This document shows positions 25,501 to 35,137 of a DNA stretch of 64,000 nucleotides, in pieces. The stretch spans positions 491,271 through 555,270 of the forward strand of contig CAJINV010000012.1 in the NCBI GenBank assembly GCA_905178155.1. Reading direction: 5' to 3'. Under the pieces are notes generated by a model, which did no database searches, was not told the DNA's origin, and was given only the letters and a program-made list of their open reading frames with translations. This DNA comes from Amoebophrya sp. A120 (Eukaryota > Protista > Dinoflagellata). Made by a program: the position numbers and the translations under genes. Within the stretch, counting starts at the first letter, position 1. Each line of letters begins with the position of its first letter.

Positions 25501-26160
25501 CTCGATCTTACTGTCCAGGGCGGTCTGCATGGTGGTGACGGAAGTTTTGATGTTCTTCTCCTTCACGTTCATCATCTCCTCCAGGGCCTTGTGCGAGGCC
25601 TCCACCTGCTTCTCGACCCCAGCGATGCGCTCCTCCACCTTGCCCTCCAGGGCCTGGACCCGGAGCTGCTGCGCCTCAACATCCTCCTTCCTCTTCCTTT
25701 CCATCTTGTCGCAGCGCTCCGTCATTTTCCTGGCCTCGTCCTGGAGGTCGCGCTTCATGTCGGACTTGAACAACTGCAGGTCTTGCACTGTCACTGTGCC
25801 CGGCGCTGGGCGGGCAGGGTCCACCCTGACCTCGCCGCAGCAGTCGTGCCCGTTAAACTGGGTGATTATAAACGTCACCCCAGCTCCGTTGCTGGGCCTC
25901 GCGCTCTCCTGGCTGAGTTCGTTCTTGTGGAAGAAGATGGGTTTGTGGAAGACTCGCTTGAGCGTCCATTCGTCCGCCGAACAGTTCAGCCCCTTCTTCC
26001 AGTCGGAGAACTCCATCGTCTTCTTCGGCTCGATTTTCCCTGTTCCCCTGCCCTCGTAGTACTTGGAGATGAATCCACTACATTTTCGCTATGCACACCT
26101 TCCCGCCCAAAGAACGCAGTTTTTACATGGCGGAAACAAACCGGACATCATTTTTCACGC
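19596..26160 (-). mobile_element. Non-LTR retrotransposon (APE+RT, RTE-like); 5' boundary approximate
   Basis: Single long GC-rich ORF free of introners, ~320-bp 3' UTR and a short (TTTGAA)n-type tail at 19596-19618. No TSD identified. Confidence 0.85.
19939..26016 (-). CDS. Retrotransposon polyprotein (2025 aa): cold-shock-like / coiled coil / APE endonuclease / reverse transcriptase / Cys-His region / AP2-like domain
   Basis: APE motifs VVTHNSRG, LLSEV, VSAYGP, ELDYVY and SDH (~24560-23490). RT motifs PKPG..DHRGI, QGGFRPG, ADVRKAYPS, GFGEGDLRSP, RFADDT (21943-21954) and RYLG. RTE-type post-RT segment QLSFCGHLIRLPRDRLARRSL. Confidence 0.92.
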   Translation of the reverse strand: MEFSDWKKGLNCSADEWTLKRVFHKPIFFHKNELSQESARPSNGAGVTFIITQFNGHDCCGEVRVDPARPAPGTVTVQDLQLFKSDMKRDLQDEARKMTERCDKMERKRKEDVEAQQLRVQALEGKVEERIAGVEKQVEASHKALEEMMNVKEKNIKTSVTTMQTALDSKIEAKHSSMKKRLDDSLKAHQADTISAFRDIMGEGIGDIKKFMHSDEYLHKVNQAQAELTQRSQGEEDEGSRVVVVSGRRRRRRKRRKKKHVSAQSKLAASASSSLTGNWSFTKIIFSLMLLLRSASAIGGLFHTDANDEFTDLTEMSTPSSGEPSDASDFLLGEGDTTEQSSPTVGSAPDVDNIAAPPTIADAEAPTPPAGETATAAVMRNDVEQTHVSEILDDDPQPHLRGEDEYEKTSRLDDHEDDIETLRKILTAENDDNTNNENNNESATGAAGGDHELTPSGEYDVFDEGWASKKKRRRRRRGGKQTHKEVVVVTHNSRGLGECNRLQEHLRQLRDLHEPPRRHPGAPVGAALLSEVLYVPSRLGATKPGPSAVVRQRAAGDACDVFLSNGAGIAIYDAEWRRHISRGEYEVFGGDRVVGLRLPLVSLVSAYGPALGGNSNAVAAAGAQKKESVPGSKKDVLTKARPKAKAKQKPRPKGTAATKKTRKTAASGKKAPQTADGPTAAEQRRRDEANWAQFVETLGDTLQWARRIPRGHSGPLKGQPGNRELMLYVDNAGVVGDAESRRRRGYRGLTTGRFGLTETSNRGVEMLRLADEFRLVCGNSLHVQPRGESNYTGIEYAPCRATHFNTRLGRWRELDYVYIPACSAQNVLSIATVDLGLDSDHYNKLIRWRVERKWQHKNTARKRRDKKRAEEAGDFDEEPVPWWRATDSARYDFSRQVQTSLEESAAEGALTLGAVARTLREHSGILKGSALQQLHEYNRSRDVARQREINDAVRKLMRRIRAARTKAGENVEVLQDQLARLMEERAAFLATQTSTFNVEENIRKQRFLKAQKRIFAFDPNEAARHFCRVAENPTTPRLDLIRRSVAPFPPEVVKELLRPFTAQELYASVHSRKNSNQTDGFHDRIQFWKALDIAAWEAILPAVNAEFLEGFQVLEADPERLAAATVVPRPKPGQGYDVIGDHRGIVNKTIVSKVIAGALATRFHTAAEQHGILTASQGGFRPGFQTGELIYCVRRLIEDVRRTRGICSDEYRALVFIEADVRKAYPSFCISVYEEMLDALGLEGTHFKETEVRFHLCTRYRVATPAGRSDEYRLTSGFGEGDLRSPTHFATSYDVCICIYRGILEKLARGTDRYGAKLWAPRARFALPDATRDTLAQAVAGSATLGKDSLQEVRFADDTAFPAPAPEAIIADAAWTVMGGVTGVNANRTKYLLSMLSAPELTAATRYLGNWLCLERDLTVRKQRMSWALTELASLGGAAESGTDLVVNLVCRIRSRGSFGCETRPWSGTEIDSLQKYENDALLMLTGFRRWQLKSLHLPLCRLRRLHRVEPLGSFFRYMQLSFCGHLIRLPRDRLARRSLFGAYGIGTLPRLEYEWLVAPRQGSDAESLWKQCKKSLAVVCGAEPSDAVMLALASCRPLWRTIITEARIAITISDYSADAECTPELRTEAQSYWVSHLTKENLGQSPRADLRSFRTWYDTQSSAGIPWTNGGRQLTSALAEVEADLLTPYRCKGAPACDFRSTLAPSPARSVGLEPHYDCRPLKQQDLSPDPGTADVLAHELHCRHAQCALRRRWPATQIEDGDIDVCKEVKDAALASVGEKDKDGNPTTLARLLDFVGTQRIVDIIDSPAPPCDDVQQQYASIVREVLDFPCFVVSPTLADADLYLQGDLSPRDYDWRVTGIECSCDECRPEPRLPPKRLGSLRLAFVHMRKIQQRETEARFRACFPQPEAVQPSAQKPLKRKKHTEDPPRVKQALEFQGASKALPVGVTYDAPRGKLVARARVKVPGEEEPYPLSRTIHPELYATAEEAIEAAVEARAELIANPSADVERIRALRQRRQLASA

Positions 26161-26578
26161 CACCAGTCCACAAGAACTCGAACACCTTTATTACCTGCTT
26201 TTTGTTTATTGTAAACAGTTGTAGCCTTCGTTGTAACAGACGGCTTGATAGTTCTTTTTTTTCATTCCCCTTCCATAAGGCACCTCAATCTTCAAAAGCA
26301 AGATGCAATCCCAATTTTCATTGTTCAAACATTACTCCTGTCTAAATACTTTCACTTGTGGTCTACTAGCCATTCTGTTGCGGCCATGATTAAAGTCGTG
26401 TTCCAAATCGAGTTCTACTTCCACGCTTTCTACAACCAGCATACTATGCTAGAGTTGCTATATGTTTTTTCATTTCAATGTTCTTTCGGAATAGGGGATT
26501 GAGTTGAAGTTCTTGTCGCTGGGTACTATACTTGTTGTTCATTCGCATTTCACAGATGAACGTCCCGAGTTCTTAGTC

Positions 26579-27613
26579 TCACTCCATCGAGAGCGAATAC
26601 TTCACCCCGTGTTTCCCCTTTCCGTAGTAGTCCTTCCACTGGCCAAAAGCCTCGAAGCCGTAGGACTCGTAGAACCGGCACACGTGGTCCCACTCTTTGC
26701 AAGTTTCCAGCCGGACTTCAATGATAGGCTTCGCGCATGATGACACAGATGTTGTCGAGCCGAGAGCAGGAGCAGCTCCGAGATGATTTATTATCGCCTC
26801 TGACCTCTTCCCGTTCTTCCTCAAATGCGCCAAAAAATCGTTGAAAAGCTTCCGGCCCAGAAATTTGCACTGGTAGTCCGGATGGATCCCGAAGTTTCCG
26901 ACGGAGTAGTAGTAGTGGAAAGCGTTGTTGTCCTGCTTCGATCCACCATTGCTTCCTCTGTTGTTCTTTGTCTTGCGCGTACTAGTATCAAAAGTGTTCC
27001 TCCTGCTTTTTTTCCCTTGCTGGTTCCTCGTCTCCACGACCTGAATCTTTTTCGCTTCCTGCTTGATCACCGGCTTAAACCTCCCACTGTATCTCACCGG
27101 CTCCGGAATCTTCAATTTTTCCGCGGCGAGCCTCTCTACTTTTTTCCTTTTCTCCCGAAAAGACGCTCTCTGATACTGTGCGGTCTGTAACAGTTCCGCC
27201 AGCAAATAGCCGACGACTTTGTCTTCTTTCTCACCAGCTTCTGCTGGATCAATGACAACAAAACTGGCCCCGCGGTTGAAGCCGCAGTGGTTGTTCACGA
27301 GTTTACCCTTGTCCAAGTAGTGCTTCAGTTCCCACTTCGCGCAGGCATTCTTCTTGTCGAAAAGTCTTTGCTCCAGTTGGTAGATTTGTTGCAGGTGGTC
27401 TTCTGTCGTAGCCGGAATGATTTTGAAATTTTTCGTCACTTGGTCAATTTGTTTTCTCCGGTCTTTCTGCTGCTTGATGGCGGATTTCAGGTCTTGCTTG
27501 AAGGTGGTCGTTGGTCTTGTTGTCTCGGTTGCCGGTCTACCCGCAGCAGCTGCGGAAGCTCGCGGCTCTTGTTCGCAGCTTTTGCTCCGCTTAGTCGCCG
27601 CGGTTGTGGTCAT
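26579..27613 (-). CDS. GNAT-family (RimI/Ard1-like) N-acetyltransferase
   Basis: Intronless 344-aa ORF with KVVGYLL, motif A-like GNFGIHPDYQCKFLGRKLF and motif B-like VRLET...VCRFYESYGFEAFGQWKDYYG. Confidence 0.85.
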   Translation of the reverse strand: MTTTAATKRSKSCEQEPRASAAAAGRPATETTRPTTTFKQDLKSAIKQQKDRRKQIDQVTKNFKIIPATTEDHLQQIYQLEQRLFDKKNACAKWELKHYLDKGKLVNNHCGFNRGASFVVIDPAEAGEKEDKVVGYLLAELLQTAQYQRASFREKRKKVERLAAEKLKIPEPVRYSGRFKPVIKQEAKKIQVVETRNQQGKKSRRNTFDTSTRKTKNNRGSNGGSKQDNNAFHYYYSVGNFGIHPDYQCKFLGRKLFNDFLAHLRKNGKRSEAIINHLGAAPALGSTTSVSSCAKPIIEVRLETCKEWDHVCRFYESYGFEAFGQWKDYYGKGKHGVKYSLSME

Positions 27614-30600
27614 TTTGTCGCTTAGTTATGTTGTGCTTACTGTAGCAACAAAATTTCGACAATGTTGCAAAAGATGTTGTACGCTTCAATAAAGTGAAAG
27701 CTGTTGTTGAAATTTTTTCCAGTGCAAGAGTTAGAGGCCCTAGACGCTATCCATAAACGTATACAGTAGAAACAGAAATCCGATAAACAGCACTGCTTTT
27801 ATTCTAGCGAATACAAGATAGATCAGAACTCTGCAGCTTGCTAAAGAGCATGAAAGCTCCCTGTAGGTTTTATCATGGAATGGAGGCTCATTAGGTTTAG
27901 GACTCACGTGCGGGTGCACCCGGTTCAAAGCGGAATGATCAGCACGATTTCTCGCAGCAAAACAAGAGGAATTTGATCTTCAACTCGATCATCATCTCTT
28001 TTCGGTTTCAGGATCGCAACAGATGACCAACTTTGGCTGATCCATTTTGCACTCGATCTATTACATGGATCTTGTCAGTGGATCCAACTTCGTTTTTTTT
28101 CACCGGCTTTCAAGTCAGATCCTGATTTTACGGATCTGTTTCTCTTTCAGCTCCACACCGATTGATACAACGAACATACAAAATCATTCTCTCCGGCTCT
28201 TTTCTGTGGATTTCGACTTTTTTATCCAATTTCGCATCCTTCTCGGTAGACTGATTCCCCTACCTTGGTTCTCATCTTGTTACCTCAACATACGATGCAG
28301 AAAAGTGCTAGCAAAACGGCCAGCGAGGTTTGTCATTTTTTTCAAAGGTCCCGCAAGTTTACGAATTATCGCAACCGCCTCTCTTGTTGTGTGAAAGATA
28401 AATTCGTCGGGAGGAAATTTGCAGAATGCAGTGTTAGAACGCATAACAGAATAAATTTGCTGGCAACGCTCTAACTGGAGGATAAAATGCAAAAAAAAGT
28501 AAAAGCAAAAAAAGAAGCAGTAGATCAATAGTGGTGAAACGGAGGAAAACTCATCACAGTCAACATTTGGACAGTAGAGTTATACGAACGAAAAGCAAAA
28601 ACTGACGAAATTAAGGAGGGACTTTAGCTTATTCTTCTTCCTATACGCATTTATTTTGTGATACGGTAGCTGAAGACACGCTCCGTTCTTGTTTATTTTC
28701 GGATTCGATCTAGTACAACAGCCATCAAGCAGCGAGCTCGCAAAGTTGAGTCAAAACTAGTACGCCAAAGTGAAACTTGCAAGCAGGACCGGGAAGAAAG
28801 AAAACATTAAGAAAACCAAGTGACACAAACTACGCGGTACGGTCGATAGGCAGAGTAGAAGCAAAACTAGTACAGTGTGGCTTTCTATATACTGACGTCG
28901 GATACGCTTTTTGTTTTTAAAAAGCACAGATGAAATAGTACGGACGGGAAGATAAACACTACTTACAAACACTGATCGAAGACGAACTACTACGAAAACA
29001 ATCTTTTCTATTTTTGGAACAGGTGAGGTGAGTTGTGCTAGCCCCGTCGGCGCTCTTCTTCGCAGCCACGAGAGACAATACAGAGCTTAACAAGACCACC
29101 GGAGCTTCTTCAAGAGGCAGCTCCGTATGGAGGTGTTGTGATGAACCTCTATCTTTTCTTGCTCGCTCTGCAAGCGCCACGATAATTATCCCCCTACTTC
29201 GGTGGAAGACGAAGATGATTATAATTCTTAGGGTTTCTTCTTGCCTTGCTTGCCGAAATAGAACCGAGCCTAGTAGTTATAGTAGTCCGGAGGTGGGATA
29301 ATTATACTAAGGCTCTACGTTGCGTGACGCTGATGCGATCTTGATGATGCGACGTTGCCTGAGGTTATCATAGCAGGCTGCGTCACAACTCCTGCGCTTA
29401 TCATACACCAAACCCCCGCACTTGCGCGACGACCACAACTAATCTTGAGATTGCTTTGTCGCTTGCTTTTGTGGGGGCTCGCTCTAGAGAGTTTGTGAGA
29501 AAAAAAATTAAAAGCGTAGTTCGGGCGTGTCGCTTTAGCAAGCTTTTGATGCCACAACATAATCTAGAAGTGCTCCAATCCCCCCTTTCTTTCAATCACA
29601 ATCACTGCCGCGGAAAACTTCTTTCCGATTTGGGCCAGTGAATAGGAAGTGAGTGAAAGGAAAACGACTGGAAGATCGCCGGATGCAGTGGTTGAAGTTG
29701 TATTGCATGTTAAACATGCAAGACTGCGAGTTGCTTTTCGATTAGTAATGCTGTCGATCGCTGCTCGAGCTCGTTGTCGTTCAACAGCACCCGACACAGA
29801 TCCCCTCCTTTCACTTGGGATGCAAGCGGCACTGACACTGTCGCCGGAGAGAATAAAGAGAGGCAATTACTACGTAAAAAATAAATGTAGGAAAAGGAGT
29901 ACGGTGGTAAAGATGGGGAGATTATAGTTGATGTGAAGAGCATGAAGTGTCGTGGATATTCCAGGGAAATAAGGGATGTTGAATAGATCTTGTGTGATTT
30001 ATTTCGCGTACAACCGCCGGCTCTACTGCTGCAAACAACTTACCTCTTGTTTTCTGTTCCTAGTCGTGTGTAGATCCGATCGTTTTCATAAGTAGCCGAA
30101 CTTCGAGCTGTTTGCTTGGTGTGCCGTGATAGAATTTTTGCCCACTTGCGAAACAGAGTGTACTAGAGTTGTTGCAGCAATAAGTTGTATCTCTCCTACT
30201 TTCGATAAATACCCACTAAAACGACCAAGGACATATCTCTTCTGCAGGCATCACCAGCTCCATCTTTACATAGTAAAGTTCTATCCTCTCTCAGAAGCTG
30301 TGATGCCTCGTTTGTAGCCTTGTGCCGCCACGTAACTCAAGGAAAACCTACCGCTGCGTCTCATGTCAACATCCCAAGAGCTGCAATAGCTTTTACTTGA
30401 GGAACTGTGCTGCTTTATTTTGTTTATTTAAGTAGAAAACGATAGCAAATTGATGATGCCATTGGGATTTGCATTTTGTGTTGATGAAAACTACATATAA
30501 CAAAACGAGAAATTCTAGCAAGCTTTTTGAGAAGTAAAAAACTAGGAGTGCGCTGCTCTAAGACAGTGCGGCCGGGTAAGAAAGTCTTACCAGCGCTGCA

Positions 30601-30952
30601 CTGCTTTTTGGTGTAGACTTTTAGAAAAACGAGAAAACTTCTTTATGGAACGATTTTGTCAAAAGAAAAAAAGAGTTTAGATAGATGTCATGAGAGATGA
30701 CATTTTTGTCATAGTTGATTCGTATAATTTGGTGAAACTAAAATTTTGCCGATGCAGAGCAATAAACGCATGATGTTGAGAAGTGTGTGAAGGAGGATAA
30801 ATCTCCTTTCGCCTCACCCTGCTTCCCCGATGGCGTGTGGTTTTCATCGAATTCAGCCCCCACTTCCCAAAGAAGACGAGAGCAGAACCTCATCTGAAAT
30901 AACTCGATCCTGTTGCACGACGACCATCGTATTTATTTTCAACATCTTCCGT

Positions 30953-33900
30953 TTATCGCTGCCTCAGCACCTCGCCAGTCTCGGTCAAGGCCAGCATGCC
31001 GCACACAATCAGCACCACCGAGGAGATGACCGCCGGCTTGTTCTTCGCCAGAAATTTCCGCGCCTTCTGTAGCATCTGCTTCGGGAGCAACGGCTGTTTC
31101 TCCTCGTTCGCGTTCTCGTACACTTTCTTCTGCTGCTGCAGTGCCCGGGACGCGAGAGAGTTATCCCGATTGCTGTTCCCTGCTTTACTATTACCGGTTT
31201 GACTGCTTTTGCCACCCTGCTTGGCGGCTTTCTCCAACTTCTCCCGCTTCTTCTTCTCGGCGCGGAATTCCCGATCTAACTGGTCGATCTTGGAGGTAAG
31301 CTGCTCCTTGGCCTGCTTCTCCTTCTCGAGCTCCAGCTGGACGCGTTTCTGTTTTTTTTGTTTCGAAATATATGGTTTTGGTTGTCGTATATGCTATACA
31401 AATCGTAATCGGCACCTTCATGCAACGATTTGCATGACAAAATTTTTGCTATGCGGAAATAAACTGCATTGCAAATGTCGCATTATACCAGCTCCGCCTC
31501 CTGGTCCATTTTCATCTTCTGTTGCGGCGACACTTCCTCAACCACTGCCTTCTTGCCCTTCTTCTTCTTGCCGCTTGACGGAGCAGACGACTGGGACGAA
31601 TTGTATGCTGTGCAAAAGTATCGTACTCGTAGTAATCGTAATTATGCATGACAAGTCGCCTTCCTAAGCTAGAACAGCATGACAAATTCCATTTGCCATG
31701 CTAAGGAAATTTGTAATGCGATTTATACTAGTACGATACTTTTGCATTTCATAAATTGTTCGCCGCGTTTAAAGCGTGCTCGATTTTCTCCGCGTACAAG
31801 GCATTCGTGTTCCAGGATGACTCTTCCAAATCCGCGATTTGGGATTTGATCTCCTCTACTCGCTTCTCGTTTTCCTTCGTGTTTTGTCGCGACTTCTCGA
31901 TCTCGGCGAGAATGGTGTCTTTTTTCGTGCTGTAGGACTCGGACACGACGGCGTGGTCGTTCAGGATCTGTGATAGAGGGTTTGGATTGGTTTTGTCATG
32001 CGATAAATCGTACATAAGAGTAAGACAGTGAGTGTGGCAGCGGCGGAATTTTTCTGAGAAATTTCTCATGCAGAACAAGCAGTAGGAAACATATTTGTCA
32101 TGCTTACAATCAACTATATACCTTCTGGTGCAAAGTCTCGGCATCAGCGAGCTCCTTGTCAGCCTGGCCTGAAGTAAATTCCAGCTGCTTCACGGCCATT
32201 GTTTCGGTTTCCTTGTTCTGTAATGATTTTTATGAAATTTGTGTTGCGAAAACAGCAGCATATTTTCATTTTGTCATGCTGACCTCGCTGAACGAAGAAA
32301 ATTTCATGGTTCTTTTACTATACGTAATTTTATTGCATTAGCATTACAAATGCCAGAAACTACTTCTATACCTTTCGAAGCTCGTCCAGGATGTTCTCCA
32401 GCTTCAATTCTTGCAGCTGGGCAATTTTCCGATCGGACTCCACCTTTACTCGCGAAAGCTCCTTTATCACAGGAAAAAAGTGTTTCACTGTAGGGATTTT
32501 GCAAGCTTTGCATCACAAGTTCGTTCCGCATGACAGAGAAAATTTGCCATGCGAGGTTCCTGAGAGAAAACACAGCGAGAAATCAATTGTCTTGCATGTG
32601 TAGCAAGACAAACACTTCTACAGATGCATTCTCTGCATTACAAGTTTACAGTGAAACAGTTTTTTCTTTGCATATCCTTCTTCAGAAAAGCGCTGTCCTC
32701 TCGTGCGCGGGTGAGCTGTTTTGGTGAATTCGTGTTGTATGCTGGGAGCAGAAACTTAAACATTCAACAACTCGTTGATCAGAATCAGTTTCGAGTAAAT
32801 ACGTCATGCTCATTTTCTGTGACAAGAAAAACTGCAAAACTGGTACCTTTTTAGTGTATTCCGCTTGGGCGCTTGCAAGCTCCTCCTTCTTTTGCTTCAC
32901 GTCGGCTTCCAGAGAGGCTAAATTGCTCTCCACAGCCGCAAGAGACTCTGAGCACTCCGTCCAGTTGTCTCGGGCCTGACAAAATGAGAAATTTTCAGTT
33001 TGTCTTTGTGGTGGATCATGCGTTTGCATTTAAAACTCCAGGCATGCAACTCGCTAGTACGCCAACGATACTATAGAAGCTGGTGGTGGAGGTATCTGCC
33101 ATGCGCAAGTAGAATTGTTGCAAGAACTGTTGCAAGTAGCACTGTTGCAAGTAGAACTGTTGCAAGAATTTGTCCTGCAAGATGAAAAATATACCAGAGA
33201 ATGCTCCTGTCTTAACTCTTCGAGCTGTTTCGCCAGCTGAATTTTCGATTCCGTAGCATCCTTCTTGAAATCCGCAAGCTTCTTTTCAAAAGCGCTCTTC
33301 TCGCTGGACATCGATTCCTCCAGCTCCTTGGCCTGGGCGATCTGTTTTGGAGGTTTTTTGCATTTTTATACACATTGGCACAAATCTTGTTCAATGAACG
33401 CGGCATTTTCTACCGTCTACTACACCACCGCGAGTAACCATATCCACGATGTAATGCTGACCCGTAAAATACAATCCTCACGACACCATCGTGTGTATAT
33501 GTTATTCAGCATGGTGTAAGTAATTCTCACGAAAAGAATGCAAAACAGGCCTGTAAGCTATATACCAGTCCATCCTTTTTCGTTTTCATCGTTTCTGTTT
33601 TATCCGCCAGCCTTGTTTCCGCTGATTCTTTCGATGACTTAGCCTTGTCCAATTCGGTTTGCAGCTTCTGGATAATCTTCAGGGTCGCCTTGGAGCTCTG
33701 ATCCTTCTCCGCGGAGACCACCAAACTTCCGGCCTGCGTGCACTTTCGCTCGGCCTCGATTTTTTCGTCTTTGAGCTTCTGTAGCTCCTGCTCGAGCTGC
33801 TTGGTGAGTTCCTTATCCTTCTGGGCTTTTTCCACCTGATATGAGAGTGCACAACTCCCCCTCCCCCTCATTTGTCTGGCATAAACAGCAATACAAGCGT

Positions 33901-34390
33901 CGGCAAGAATGCAGTTTTTGCATGACAAATTCACCCACTATTGTAGTGCTGCTTGACGGTCCAGAACTTGTCATGCAAAAAGTGCCAAGGGGCAAAGGGT
34001 GGAGTCGGTATTATGCATTACAAATGAGGGGGGGAGTTGTGTAGTCTCATACCTGGTCCTTTAAATCGGCCAGGGAATCGTCCAGGTCCTTTTGCTCCTG
34101 AGAAAGTTATTTTTGTATGATCTTTTAGATATCATGACGATTTCTTCAGCAAGACAAGTTCGTATCAAAAAGAGTTATGATACGTCAGAACCAGCCTGCA
34201 CTTGCAGATCCAGATGCAAATCACGCATAACAAAAGATTTCTGTCATGCGAGTTGCACTTGTCAAGAAATCTTCCCGTTCTTTTCTAGTACCTTGGCAAA
34301 GCTCTCCTGCTGCTCATCCCACTCCGTCTGCATGAGGTTCAGCTTCTGCTGAACCGTGCTGGAATGATCTCCGTTCGCAACTGCCGCCAT
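30953..34390 (-). CDS. Multi-exon coiled-coil protein with a C-terminal hydrophobic anchor (golgin-like architecture); exon limits only partly resolved
   Basis: ATG at 34390 (MAAVANGDHSSTVQQKLNLMQTEWDEQQESFAK). E/K/Q-rich exons separated by GT-AG introns and two TIR elements. C-terminal AVISSVVLIVCGMLAL. Confidence 0.65.
31604..31753. mobile_element. TIR introner, family A
   Basis: TATGCTGTGCAAAAGTATCGTACT...AGTACGATACTTTTGCATTTCATA; direct repeat AATTG/AATTG. Confidence 0.9.
33104..33166. repeat. Short tandem repeat (~15-bp unit GCAAGTAGAACTGTT), probably intronic
   Basis: Four to five imperfect consecutive copies. Confidence 0.7.
33840..34051. mobile_element. TIR introner, family D, forming a canonical GT-AG intron
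   Basis: TATGAGAGTGCACAACTCCCCC...GGGGGAGTTGTGTAGTCTCATA; direct repeat CCTGA/CCTGG. Coding strand reads CAG|GTATGA...ATCAG|GTG. Confidence 0.88.
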
Positions 34391-35137
34391 TTTCGATTAT
34401 AGAAAATGCTTCGTTCTTGTTTATTCTTGTCGTGCGAAAATCTGTTTCCAAAAATGAACAGACTCACAGACCGTTGGTACTTCTATGCGGTTCAGAGCCA
34501 AGTTTTATTTGTGCTTCAAAACAACACAATAAACTAGAGTCGTGGAGTATGTTTTTATGTCGCAAAATTTTTCGCAAACCGCGCTTCGACACGTTTTTGT
34601 TCAAAACTGCAGGCTACTTCACTACTCCAACCACTGTTGTCGCGCAGGTTGGTCTTCAGGCTCTGCTGTAGTTGGAAAAAGTCGCAGCGGAGGAGGTGGT
34701 GAAAAAATATCCGGTCGTCCGGTAGGTGAAAAAACTGGTGATAGAAATCTTCTTGTAAGGACAAAAAAACTTGCGAAAAGACAGATCACTAAACACCAGT
34801 GGAGACGACTACGCGGTAGTATGTGGTCGGGGCGACAAACACAAATATACACGTAAAAGAATATATATACGGTCCTTATCTACTTCATCAAGCAGGTATT
34901 ATACTTATAAGACGCTTGCTTATTGGCGGAGCGCGTATGTTATGGTCAACGTCAAACCGTCTTGATGCTGACGTGTGTATGATGCTGTGGTACGTATCAC
35001 GCCTACAACAACTTGACTGGAGACAAGTGAGTGTACTATGTGTGACTATTTGAATCAAAAAGTCGAAAGCGGAGTAAAACTTTCTTGAGTTTGACAAAAA
35101 CACCTATGTCACAACTTCTACGATGAAAATAATGTAT

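Noticed and set aside
21374-26214. Plus-strand ORFs overlapping the retrotransposon
   Set aside because: They are stop-poor antisense frames of a GC-rich coding sequence.
19560-26400. Target-site duplication around the LINE
   Set aside because: The sequence next to the 3' tail (GATGACTTTTCCGC) was not found near the 5' end, so the 5' boundary is left approximate.
27700-30830. Short ORFs between the GNAT and coiled-coil genes
   Set aside because: All are at most ~115 aa with no motifs and no element-joined frames. A divergent gene cannot be excluded without RNA data.
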